DNA of 52,300 nt, from the IMG/VR virus record IMGVR_UViG_3300047476_000672, positions 1-52,300 of that record, one strand, 5' to 3'. Made by a program: the position numbers and the translations under genes. This document shows positions 27,211 to 36,217 of this stretch, in pieces. The notes beneath the pieces are model-generated. The model searched no databases and was not told the origin of the DNA. It saw nothing but the letters and a program-made list of their open reading frames with translations. The stretch is from a virus (lineage: Duplodnaviria; Caudoviricetes). Position 1 is the stretch's first letter, and each line of letters opens with the position of its first letter.

Positions 27211-27230
27211 TTCCTTTTTAGCTTGATTAA

Positions 27231-27602
27231 TTACTTTGTTGCGTAATATTTCTTAATTAATAAACACATTTCGTACACGCTGAAGCCCTCTTTTTGAGCA
27301 TTCTTTTCTGTTCTTAATGGTATTAAGTTTTTCGGCGTTAAATCGGCAACATTAAAGCCTTTTATACCTGCAAAAAATTCATCGCCGAATTCAATTACAC
27401 GCTTAATACAGTATGAAAAACTTTTCCCGTCTTGTTTATGCGCATTGTTTGTAGCATAAATTGCCGTCATTAAACTTTTTCCCGTTACTCCTTCATTAAG
27501 ATACCTTACTGCCTCTTTTGTTTTGTTGTTTACTACTTTTGTACCTTTTGCGATTTTAGTAGTAGTTACTTTTTTTCCGTTTGTTTTTACATTTGCTTTC
27601 AT
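27231..27602 (-). CDS. basic hypothetical protein, first gene of the leftward arm
   Basis: Start reassigned to MKANVKT at 27602; the tracked extension overlaps the ribozyme. Confidence 0.7.
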   Translation of the reverse strand: MKANVKTNGKKVTTTKIAKGTKVVNNKTKEAVRYLNEGVTGKSLMTAIYATNNAHKQDGKSFSYCIKRVIEFGDEFFAGIKGFNVADLTPKNLIPLRTEKNAQKEGFSVYEMCLLIKKYYATK

Positions 27603-27632
27603 AATAATTAAACTTAAATAGTTTAAATAATA

Positions 27633-27690
27633 AATTCCGTTTCGTCCTTTTGGACTCTTCAGGCAGGGCACTCACCCCACTACGGAAATT
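27633..27690 (-). ncRNA. hammerhead ribozyme, type III
   Basis: UUCCGU-A-GUGGGG-UGAGUG-CCCUGC-CUGAAGA-GUCC-AAAA-GGAC-GAAA-CGGAA: full core, three stems, GUA cleavage triplet. Confidence 0.93.
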
Positions 27691-27927
27691 AGTCTTACCG
27701 TCTTTTATACATTGCCGTTACACGTGATTAAGTGGCTGCATTTTTACCACAGTCTTTCGTTATTAATTACTCGCATTTCGCTTTCCAAAATAACTACTCA
27801 AGCCCTCGATTAAATGTACTTTATTAGTTATCGACTTTTATCGTATTAACATGCGGCTAATATGTCCCGCCCTCTACGCTTACCTAACCTTTCAAACATT
27901 TAGCGTTTCGCCGTTTGTTTGATGAAG

Positions 27928-27935
27928 CAAATATA
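27928..27935 (-). promoter_or_regulatory. -7 promoter box for the leftward (early) arm
   Basis: TATATTTG with an AT-rich upstream region. Confidence 0.6.
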
Positions 27936-28762
27936 AGAACATAAAATTTAATTAAACAAGAAAAAAATTAAAATTGTCAAAATAAAACGATAATTGCCTG
28001 AAAATCAATAAGTTATAATTCGATAAAAAATAGCTTGTAACCTAGAAAATAGGGTGAAATCGGGTTGAAGTTTTTAATTAAGCGCATTGAATGTTTACAC
28101 AAATAACAGTCAAAACTAGGTGATAAGATAGAAGAGTAGTACTCATAACCGTCTATAAATCAAGTAGTTAGGTCTATCTACTTAAAGCTTTGGATAAACT
28201 AAGCGAAGCTAATTAGCTGAAAGCTAGTAAGATATGTAAAGGAATATGAATGAATAGCTAACAAGCAAAGGGGCAAAGGGCAAACGGTGAAAGAAAGCCC
28301 GAAAAAAAGATAGTTAGCGCAATACATTTAGTATTTTCAGGGGTTCGGTTTTCCTTTTGAGAAGGGGAGGGGATATAGTACCACGAGTACTACCCTAAAA
28401 AACACATACTTTTTTCTGGACCGGAGGGTTATAGTTACGATATTGGCATATGGGGGTTAAATAAATAGGGGGAGGGATAGTAGTACTATAGGTTAGTATA
28501 TACGATATGAATATTTTTGTAGATTATCGTTTAAGGTTACGTTCCGTTAGTGTCGCTTCATTAGTCATTAGTCGGTATACTGCGTAACCGCCTAACGATA
28601 ATTACATCATTGATTTTCTCAAGTTGCACATGGGGAATAAACATATATAGGAGTTTTTTCTTAATTGATTGATTATTAATAAGTTAGGTGTGTAATTAGT
28701 GGTAACAGACTGTATCTAGCGATTAGTGGTAACACTTTAAAAGAAAAGTGTATTAATTTAAT

Positions 28763-28770
28763 TATCTTTG
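28763..28770 (+). promoter_or_regulatory. -7 promoter box for the rightward arm
   Basis: TATCTTTG 22 nt before the ATG at 28793. Confidence 0.55.
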
Positions 28771-28792
28771 CTTGTCTTATAAAAGGTTGTAT

Positions 28793-29098
28793 ATGATTAG
28801 TAAGGGAGGTATAGACTTGAGTGTCTGTATGTATTGTAAGACCTCTTTGGATGAGTATTCGAGAACGGTAGACCATTTGTATCCGAAGTCCAGGGGAGGC
28901 AAGTTAAGCAATGACAATAAGGTTCCTTGTTGTGGAGACTGTAATAAGTTGAAGGGGAACATGAGTATTGTTGAGTTTAGCAATGCTTTAAATTCTTTTA
29001 TATTTTTTAATCACCGGAGCATTTCTCATTTAAAGAAGATAAAGAGGAATGTTGATGAGTTGATTGAGTCTAGGAAAACTTCTGGTAATGGAAAATAA
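28793..29098 (+). CDS. HNH endonuclease
   Basis: CMYC...TVDHLYPKSRGG...NKVPCCGDCNKLKG. Confidence 0.9.
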   Translation: MISKGGIDLSVCMYCKTSLDEYSRTVDHLYPKSRGGKLSNDNKVPCCGDCNKLKGNMSIVEFSNALNSFIFFNHRSISHLKKIKRNVDELIESRKTSGNGK

Positions 29099-29633
29099 TA
29101 TTGTTTATGATTTAATCTTGTTAGAGGCTGACAGGATTATAAGTAGGAAGTTAAAATCACCTAAGTTGTATTATGAGAATGCTTATGGTGATATAGTTCC
29201 TTTGGCGGAGCCGTGGAGTGCGGAGGTTGATAATATGGTAAATAGCATATTTAAGAAAAAGAAGATGCGTTATCTTATTACCTTTGTGGATGCCTTGAAG
29301 ATTCAGGATGAGTTAAATCCTTCTTCTATAAAGATGTTGAGGTTTATGGCTGGTGAGATGAACTATGGTAATTATCTGAAGGGGTATGGACTGAGGGATA
29401 TTAGAAATGCTACTGGCATGAACATGAGATACGTGTTGAAGGCTATTGGCCAGTTATGTGAGCATGATATCATTAGGTTCTACACAGAAAAGGGAAGAAG
29501 AACATATATGGTGAATCCAATATATTTTTACAAAGGTTCAATGAAGAGTATCTTTAGCTCTGTAAAGAACTACAATGCCATACCTAAGAATACGGCTGAT
29601 GGCGATGAGGAATATGAATTTAACGAAGATTAA
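29088..29633 (+). CDS. RepL-like winged-helix protein
   Basis: HTH LRDIRNATGMNMRYVLKAIGQL followed by YMVNPIYFYKG. Confidence 0.6.
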   Translation: MENNIVYDLILLEADRIISRKLKSPKLYYENAYGDIVPLAEPWSAEVDNMVNSIFKKKKMRYLITFVDALKIQDELNPSSIKMLRFMAGEMNYGNYLKGYGLRDIRNATGMNMRYVLKAIGQLCEHDIIRFYTEKGRRTYMVNPIYFYKGSMKSIFSSVKNYNAIPKNTADGDEEYEFNED

Positions 29634-29635
29634 TT

Positions 29636-30655
29636 ATGAGTAGAGAACTTGGGGATAAGTCAATTTTAGTCAGAGAATACCTTGAGATGTATTCTGAATA
29701 CCCAACTAATGTTATTGCTAGAATGCTGCATAGTGAATTTCCTGATGTGTTTCATAGTTTTGATAATGCCAGGGGTAATGTTAGATACCATAGGGGAGAA
29801 ATACGTATGAATAGTAAGAGTAATAATATTATAAATAATCCTGTATCAATAAGGACAGAAGAGGAGAAGAAATATGCTATGAGTAGATTTAATGTTCCTA
29901 TATCTGACTATGAAAAGATAGACCCATTCATTGTTCCTAGACTGAATGATAGAGGATTAATTATGAATGATATCCATTTGCCATATCAAGATAATGAGGC
30001 ATTGGAAATTGCGATTAATTACGGTATCAATTTTAAACCAAACTTTGTTTATTTGAATGGTGATACTATTGATATGTATCAGGCATCTATGTTCTCTAAG
30101 GATAGGAGGTTAAGGGATTTGGCAGGTGAACTTGAGGTTACTCGTCATTTCTTAATGGAACTTAAATCTGTATTTGACTGTCCTATTTACTTTAAGATTG
30201 GTAATCACGAAGAGAGATGGCAGACTTATTTGAGAGCTAATGCTCCTGAGCTTTTAGGCATATCTGATTTTGAATTGGCTAATATCCTTAGGTTTGGAGA
30301 GTTAGGTATCCAAGAAGTTAAGAGTAAGCAGATTGCCAAGATAGGTAACTTTACACTTGCGCATGGACATGAGTTTGGTCAAAGTGTATTCAGCCCTGTA
30401 AATGCTGCTAGGGGATTATATACCCGGGCTAAGATTGATTGTGCTATAGGACATCACCACGTAACATCTGAGCACAGTGAAAAAGATATGGCCGGCAATG
30501 TAGTCACTACTTACTCTATCGGGTCACTTTGCGGACTTTCTCCGGAGTACCTTCCTTATAACAAATGGAATCACGGCTTTGCGACAATTGAAACGCAGCC
30601 TGATGGAACGTATGAGTTTAGAAACCTGAAGATTATTAATGGCAAGGTCATCTAA
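29636..30655 (+). CDS. calcineurin-like metallophosphoesterase
   Basis: DIHLPY, NGDTID, GNHE, HGH, GHHH motifs. Confidence 0.9.
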   Translation: MSRELGDKSILVREYLEMYSEYPTNVIARMLHSEFPDVFHSFDNARGNVRYHRGEIRMNSKSNNIINNPVSIRTEEEKKYAMSRFNVPISDYEKIDPFIVPRLNDRGLIMNDIHLPYQDNEALEIAINYGINFKPNFVYLNGDTIDMYQASMFSKDRRLRDLAGELEVTRHFLMELKSVFDCPIYFKIGNHEERWQTYLRANAPELLGISDFELANILRFGELGIQEVKSKQIAKIGNFTLAHGHEFGQSVFSPVNAARGLYTRAKIDCAIGHHHVTSEHSEKDMAGNVVTTYSIGSLCGLSPEYLPYNKWNHGFATIETQPDGTYEFRNLKIINGKVI

Positions 30656-30689
30656 AAAATAGTATTTGTATAATTTGTAATTTTGAATT

Positions 30690-30869
30690 ATGGACCCAAG
30701 AGCACCGAAAAAGAAAGGGGAGAGAATCCCGTTTGAAAAAAGAGAATATCTGCCAGGCAAGTGGCGCAAGGAAGACAAGAAGAAAATCGGAAAGTCAAAG
30801 AATCGCCCTGAAGATAAAATTGAAATTCAAAAGAAGCTTGACGCTGCTCTTAAAAAACTTAGGAAATAA
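30690..30869 (+). CDS. 59 aa highly basic protein (not in ORF track)
   Basis: MDPRAPKKKGERIPFEKREYLPGKWRKEDKKK...; TAATG coupling to the next ORF. Confidence 0.55.
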   Translation: MDPRAPKKKGERIPFEKREYLPGKWRKEDKKKIGKSKNRPEDKIEIQKKLDAALKKLRK

Positions 30870-30982
30870 TGTTAGGAAAAATGTCAGGCGTAGACCCTAA
30901 GCTTGTAAAGAAAGCTTACGAGATAGCTCAAAAAGTAAAGAAGAGCAAACCAATGAAAAAAAGTAAAAACTGTAAAAAATAA
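30869..30982 (+). CDS. 37 aa basic peptide (not in ORF track)
   Basis: MLGKMSGVDPKLVKKAYEIAQKVKKSKPMKKSKNCKK. Confidence 0.45.
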   Translation: MLGKMSGVDPKLVKKAYEIAQKVKKSKPMKKSKNCKK

Positions 30983-30987
30983 TAGTT

Positions 30988-31218
30988 ATGTTAAGCCCTA
31001 AGAAAATAAAAAAAATAGGAGAAGCTATGAATGCAGCAGCATCTGCCGCTAGTAAGTCTAAAGCAGTTAGCAATATGGTGAGTAACTATAAATTAGATTC
31101 TGCTCCTAAAAAACCATTATCTAATTCTCCTGTTTCTAAATCAGACACTTCATCACTTAAAGGAGGTAGAAAAACAGAAATGAAACCTGTAGTTTCAAAA
31201 TATTTGAGAAACAGATAA
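30988..31218 (+). CDS. small basic low-complexity protein
   Basis: 76 aa, K/S-rich. Confidence 0.6.
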   Translation: MLSPKKIKKIGEAMNAAASAASKSKAVSNMVSNYKLDSAPKKPLSNSPVSKSDTSSLKGGRKTEMKPVVSKYLRNR

Positions 31219-31220
31219 TT

Positions 31221-31520
31221 ATGGCAAAGAAATTAAAGCAAAAGACTTTGAATGATTCAAAGAAGATGCAAAGCACTACTTATTCTGTTCCTGCCAAGCC
31301 TACGAGACCTTATTTAAATCCTATTAATAAAAATGCGTTTGGAACAACATCATTTGAGAGACCAATGTCTAGCTTTGAGATGTCTTCTAAAGTTGATTCG
31401 GGTGTAGATAAAAGAGATTCTATAGTAAAAACAGGGCCTTTAAAAGAAGCACCTAGAAGTAGAAGAATTAAAGAAATTCTTTTAAAAGGTAATAATAAAG
31501 GTAAACCACTTGCCAATTAA
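31221..31520 (+). CDS. small basic low-complexity protein
   Basis: 99 aa, K/S-rich. Confidence 0.6.
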   Translation: MAKKLKQKTLNDSKKMQSTTYSVPAKPTRPYLNPINKNAFGTTSFERPMSSFEMSSKVDSGVDKRDSIVKTGPLKEAPRSRRIKEILLKGNNKGKPLAN

Positions 31521-31532
31521 ATAATTAAACTA

Positions 31533-33596
31533 ATGAGTTTTGATTTAGTTCAAGACGGTATTAGTTCAAAGGGGATAAGGACATCACAATGGATGCCAGA
31601 CCATCCGGAGTTTGAATATCCAAAAGAATTTGTTCAATGGATAGATTCAATAAATTCAGGCTGGCAGAACAAGATTAAATTCAAGCCCTTTGAGTTATAT
31701 CGCAAACAAGCAGAGATATGGTTATCTGATGATTCAACCATACTTGACTTTGAAACAGAAGAGGAGCAAATAGATTGGCTCAAGGTAGAGATTAAACGTT
31801 GTAAAGATAACACGCTATACTTCTGTAATAAGTACGGTAAAATCAAGGAAGATAAAGCAATGGATGGAACACTCCAGTACAAAGCCTGGGAGGCTCAGGA
31901 GGTTCTTTTATTCCTTTACGACTGTGGATACTCCATGATGATTGGTAAAGCCCGTCAGATTGGATTTACTACAACCATGTGTTTGGCCGGTATGAAACGT
32001 GTCAACCTCAATAAATCATACTTCATTAAGTTTGTTACCCACTCAAAGGATAAGGGTATAGAAATATTCCGCGATAAGGTGAAGTGGACATACACTAAGA
32101 TTCCTGGTTTTATTGCTCAAGAGGTTAAGAACTGGACCGACCAAGTAATGTCATTTGATAAGAAGGGTGATAGGAAAGGTAGGGAAGATGGTGGTGCGTC
32201 ACGCTTTCAGGTAGACTCTCCTCAGATAGATGCAATAAACGGGGGTTCTCCTTCAGCTGTATTTGTGGATGAGATTGGTTTGTTTGATATATTCGGTGAG
32301 ATGATGCGTGAGGGTCGACCTGCTTTGTTTAAGTTTAATCCAGAAACAGGAAAAATGACCATGCAGCAGCAGTTTATTGCTTGGGGTACTGGAGGTGAAA
32401 TGGATAAGGGTGGTTCTGTATTTGAATCAGAGTTTAAAATGTGTTTACGACAATGGGCAGAAGGTAATTATGAATATGGTATTATTCCATTGTTCTTTAA
32501 TGCCTATGCACGTAGAGGTGTTACCGATGAACATATAGAGAATGAGAAGAAAGCTTACTTAGCTGTAGGAGATACTAAGAAGGGAGAACTTGCAAGAGTT
32601 CAGTTCCATCAGCACTATCCGATTACAATAGATGATATGTTTATCAGGAAGGCTAGAACACTTGTTCCTATTCACTACTGTAACCAGAGATTGAATGACA
32701 TTTACAGTATGGAGGTCCCTATCCAATATGGTTTCTTTGACCCTATATTTGATATGAGTCAACCTACACCAGATTTGCATACGCCATACAGGATTATTGG
32801 AGCTAGATGGGTAGAAACTGGAGATAGAGATAATTCATCCACTACAGCAATGGTTGTTAACCATCCTCCTCATGGCGAGATATGGAAGAATAGATGGTAT
32901 CAAGGTACTGACCCTATTAACTCTGAGACTGGTCACTCTAAAATGTGTAGTGCAGTATGGGATGCATTGACTAATTCTGTAGCTTCTGTTGTTTTTAACA
33001 AGGATAAACGGTTTAAAAACGATTATCTACAGGTATTATTACAATCTTTATACTATGACCAACAGAAAAAAGGTGGAATTAAGGAGCTTGTAGAGAATAA
33101 CATTGGTGATATGCACGTAGACTTCCAAGAAATACATGGATTTAAGCATAAGTTTACGGCAAACGCACAGCTTCCTGACTATTTTCAGACGTATGGTGGT
33201 AAATGGTTTGGTATTTCCAATAAAGCAAACACGGCCCCACGTATAATTGCCAAGACAGAGGAGTTTTTGGATGCTTATGGCGATAGAATACACGTTCCGT
33301 GGCTATGGGAACAACTTAAAACATTCGTAGAGAAGGATTTAAAGTCTCAGAATACGCATAGACAAACAAGATACCAGGCATCTGACCTTAGATATGACTA
33401 TGATGATACGATATTTGCTATTACTTATGCTTATATCAATGCCCAGGCCCATGCTAAGTATGACCCAGTTAATATTTCTAATGAACAAACAGAATCAGCT
33501 GTAACTGTTAGATATGTACAAAGTAAAGAAACTAACTACAGAATGAGATTAGCCAGGGTTGACAAGAATGGTAAGATAGTTAAGATTCTAAAATAG
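31533..33596 (+). CDS. terL: terminase large subunit
   Basis: Walker A KARQIGFTT, Walker B VFVDEIG, GTGG coupling motif, nuclease GTDP, VENN and YDD. Confidence 0.9.
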   Translation: MSFDLVQDGISSKGIRTSQWMPDHPEFEYPKEFVQWIDSINSGWQNKIKFKPFELYRKQAEIWLSDDSTILDFETEEEQIDWLKVEIKRCKDNTLYFCNKYGKIKEDKAMDGTLQYKAWEAQEVLLFLYDCGYSMMIGKARQIGFTTTMCLAGMKRVNLNKSYFIKFVTHSKDKGIEIFRDKVKWTYTKIPGFIAQEVKNWTDQVMSFDKKGDRKGREDGGASRFQVDSPQIDAINGGSPSAVFVDEIGLFDIFGEMMREGRPALFKFNPETGKMTMQQQFIAWGTGGEMDKGGSVFESEFKMCLRQWAEGNYEYGIIPLFFNAYARRGVTDEHIENEKKAYLAVGDTKKGELARVQFHQHYPITIDDMFIRKARTLVPIHYCNQRLNDIYSMEVPIQYGFFDPIFDMSQPTPDLHTPYRIIGARWVETGDRDNSSTTAMVVNHPPHGEIWKNRWYQGTDPINSETGHSKMCSAVWDALTNSVASVVFNKDKRFKNDYLQVLLQSLYYDQQKKGGIKELVENNIGDMHVDFQEIHGFKHKFTANAQLPDYFQTYGGKWFGISNKANTAPRIIAKTEEFLDAYGDRIHVPWLWEQLKTFVEKDLKSQNTHRQTRYQASDLRYDYDDTIFAITYAYINAQAHAKYDPVNISNEQTESAVTVRYVQSKETNYRMRLARVDKNGKIVKILK

Positions 33597-33942
33597 GTAT
33601 TTCAAGCTGAACAAAGTTTATTACTTTATCTTTGTTGAATCCTATTTCTTTATGACTCCATATTTTACCATCTTCTGAATCTATATCAAGATTGTATTGA
33701 TTCATAGTTGAATGAAAAAAACGAATTTCTTTATTATTCATTCTTTTATAGGATAGATTTTTGTAATGAGTATCATCAGGGTCTACCCCTTTGTTTTTAT
33801 TGTACCAGTACAAATGATATTCACCTTTCTTTCTGTCGTAATCAAATATAGTAGTTATGTATGATAAGATAATGAAATGCTGCGTACTGTTATTTACGAC
33901 TTGGTTTAGTTTATTACTTGAATAGGCAGAAGATGTACTCAT
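33580..33942 (-). CDS. hypothetical protein
   Basis: 120 aa; ATGA overlap with the nuclease gene. Confidence 0.65.
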   Translation of the reverse strand: MSTSSAYSSNKLNQVVNNSTQHFIILSYITTIFDYDRKKGEYHLYWYNKNKGVDPDDTHYKNLSYKRMNNKEIRFFHSTMNQYNLDIDSEDGKIWSHKEIGFNKDKVINFVQLEIPILES

Positions 33943-34682
33943 GCTGCTAGATTATTGAATATAAAATCGACTTCGTTTACCATATCGGCCATTTTAAATG
34001 TTTTGTACGTGTCGTTTTGTTCGTTAATCCAGCAAATGTATGAATTTCCTAATTTTAAATTGGTATTTTTTTCAACAATCTTCTTGTATATGGCTAATTG
34101 GAGTGAATATGTGTTGTATTCACACTCATGTAAATGGCCTAAACCATTAGTCATTCTGTTCTTGTATTTACTGTAGGTATTTATCTCTTTATTCGTCTTA
34201 TAATCCCATATCTGAAGCTCATTTGCCTTTACATTGTAGAATAATTGGTCTATCATTCCGCAAAGTAAAAGGTCTTCATCACCAATAATCATTTCTGAAC
34301 GTATAGGGATAAGCCTACCCTTAGAATCATCATGAAATTTGTCTATCATTGACCTTAATGCCATTGGTAAATCTTCTTCTGATGGCGAATAAACCTTGTT
34401 AGCAAACTTTAATTCAGCATATTTATGAGCATGAGTTCCTTTGATTATTGATGTAAGCCTTTTATCATCCCATTCTTTAACTACATCTTCATATTCAAGT
34501 CCATGTTTCAAAGAATACCTTGTGGCTTGTTCTTCTACGTCAAAATGTTTTTTGTATTTATTTATGATTGAAGTTGTTGATACACATTCTTTTCCGTTGT
34601 ACAGATACTTGTGATTGTCTTCCTCAAATAGTATTGAGTTGAACTTATCTAATTCTTCGAATACTTCAAACATACTCAACAA
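33939..34682 (-). CDS. PD-(D/E)XK (RecB-like) exonuclease
   Basis: GTHAHKYAE, CGMIDQL, IWDYKT, YSLQLAIY. Confidence 0.9.
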   Translation of the reverse strand: MLSMFEVFEELDKFNSILFEEDNHKYLYNGKECVSTTSIINKYKKHFDVEEQATRYSLKHGLEYEDVVKEWDDKRLTSIIKGTHAHKYAELKFANKVYSPSEEDLPMALRSMIDKFHDDSKGRLIPIRSEMIIGDEDLLLCGMIDQLFYNVKANELQIWDYKTNKEINTYSKYKNRMTNGLGHLHECEYNTYSLQLAIYKKIVEKNTNLKLGNSYICWINEQNDTYKTFKMADMVNEVDFIFNNLAA

Positions 34683-34950
34683 GTGTTTCTTCCAAAAGTT
34701 CTGCTACAGCTTCCTCAGCTTCTAAATCTTCTTCTTCGTCAAATGGTTTAAATCTGTTTGAAAGATAATACTGGAACTTTGATTCGGGATGAATATTCTT
34801 TCCAGCAAGTTTGTATCCTTTGATGTTTCTTTGACGAATAAGCGTTACACATTCATCAACTTCATAAACTTCACCACTCTTAATCCAATCACCAATAAAG
34901 CCATCTGGCTTGTACTTATCATTGATGCAAATAACTTTAAAACTTTCCAT
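34666..34950 (-). CDS. hypothetical protein
   Basis: KVICIND...GEVYEV...RFKP, SH3-like pattern. Confidence 0.7.
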   Translation of the reverse strand: MESFKVICINDKYKPDGFIGDWIKSGEVYEVDECVTLIRQRNIKGYKLAGKNIHPESKFQYYLSNRFKPFDEEEDLEAEEAVAELLEETLVEYV

Positions 34951-34955
34951 AGGGT

Positions 34956-35057
34956 AAAAAAAAATAGCCTCAGCGAATGCAGTACCGAGGCTAAACCTAA
35001 TGTGTGGAAACTATCATCAAAGCAAATACCAGTCTGCATTACTGTGATACAAATTTA
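34956..35057 (-). promoter_or_regulatory. promoter plus leader RNA with 5' seed/terminator-loop pairing (copy C)
   Basis: TAAATTTG 35057-35050; AATGCAG 35040-35034; hairpin TAGCCTCG/TGAGGCTA with CTGCATT in the loop; T9; ATG at 34950. Confidence 0.7.
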
Positions 35058-35099
35058 GATATTGTTTTTTAATTTCCAAACAAAAGGCTAAAAAATTTA

Positions 35100-35245
35100 A
35101 TAAAGAAAAAAAGAAAAAGAAAAAATAAAGAAAGAAAGAAAAGAAGCAAAAGAAAGAAAGAAAAAGATAGTCTATATTTCGAATATATATAAATATATAT
35201 TCTCATATATCCTATCAAAAAAGAAAAAGAAAAAAAGAAACAACC
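35100..35245. repeat. polypurine A/G tracts flanking an AT palindrome
   Basis: (AAAG)n-like tracts; GAATATATAT-AA-ATATATATTC at 35181-35202. Confidence 0.8.
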
Positions 35246-35277
35246 CAAACCCACAAAATTTGAACAAAAAAAATAAT

Positions 35278-35285
35278 TATATTTG
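35278..35285 (+). promoter_or_regulatory. -7 promoter box for capsid genes
   Basis: TATATTTG upstream of 35362. Confidence 0.55.
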
Positions 35286-35361
35286 CATCAATCACAGTGT
35301 GTGTTAAAATTTAATTTATTAACCAACACAGATAGAGATATCGGTGTAAAAACAAAACAAA

Positions 35362-36156
35362 ATGATTACTTTCAAAATGCCTAAAATCCAGAATGACTTG
35401 GCGTTCAACTTGGACACTTATGCAGCTGGTGACATCGTTTTAGCTGACGGTGTATTGTCTATCAAAGACGAATCTGGAACAGTAGCAGCTAAAATCCGTA
35501 CTAACGACCTTTTGTCTTACTCTTACGATGCGTATGCAGCTGGTACTGCTAACGTAGTTGACGTAGATGTTACAGGAGCTTCTTTAGTGAAAGATTCTAC
35601 TTATTCACTTACGGTTTTTGCTCCTAACGTAGTTAACTTCTTCGCTGGAGGACAAGAAACTGGAGCTACTTACCAAGCTCGTACTTACGTAGTTGGAGTT
35701 GATGCTACTCCTACTGCTGCTGAACTTCAAGCTTTGTTTGTTGCTCGTATCAATGCTGACGTTAATGCTTACTTTAGTGCTGCTGCTGTTGCTGGTGATA
35801 TCATCCGTATTACTGCTGACAACGCTGGATTTGGTCCATTAACTGTTACTCATACAATCCCTGGAACTGTTACTGTAGCAGACTCTACTGCATGGGTTTC
35901 TCCAGTTGGAACTGTAGCTGAAGCTTCTCAGTATATTAATGCTAGCAAATTAACTGCTGCATCTTATGACCGTTATGTAATTACTTACAACAAAATGATT
36001 CGTCACAATGCTGTAACCGGTCTTCAAGTAATCAAACCGACTAATGTTCTTTTCTACATTGATTCAGCTGATGCTGCTGGTGTTACATTGTTGACTTCAA
36101 TTCTTAACGGTACTTACGCTACTGTAGCTGACTACTTAGGATGTCCAGCTGTCTAA
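35362..36156 (+). CDS. abundant structural protein (auxiliary capsid/decoration-like)
   Basis: A/T/V-rich; same strongly biased codon usage (GCT, ACT, TAC, AAC, CGT) as the MCP; followed by its own terminator. Confidence 0.6.
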   Translation: MITFKMPKIQNDLAFNLDTYAAGDIVLADGVLSIKDESGTVAAKIRTNDLLSYSYDAYAAGTANVVDVDVTGASLVKDSTYSLTVFAPNVVNFFAGGQETGATYQARTYVVGVDATPTAAELQALFVARINADVNAYFSAAAVAGDIIRITADNAGFGPLTVTHTIPGTVTVADSTAWVSPVGTVAEASQYINASKLTAASYDRYVITYNKMIRHNAVTGLQVIKPTNVLFYIDSADAAGVTLLTSILNGTYATVADYLGCPAV

Positions 36157-36177
36157 TCATATTTTGATTATATTTGC

Positions 36178-36210
36178 AGGGTAGGGGATTAATTTCCTCT
36201 ACCCTTATTT
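36178..36210 (+). terminator. intrinsic terminator-like hairpin
   Basis: AGGGTAGGGGA-ttaatt-TCCTCTACCCT followed by TATTT. Confidence 0.65.
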
Positions 36211-36217
36211 AGTAAAT

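Noticed and set aside
27603-27671. N-terminal extension MPCLKSPKGRNG of the 27231 ORF
   Set aside because: It is the hammerhead sequence; the ATG at 27602 has a typical A/T-rich initiation context
33939-34682. Cas4
   Set aside because: RecB-like motifs are present but the four-Cys Fe-S arrangement is not
35069-35254. 61-aa Phe/Leu-rich membrane ORF
   Set aside because: Translation artefact of the polypurine tract
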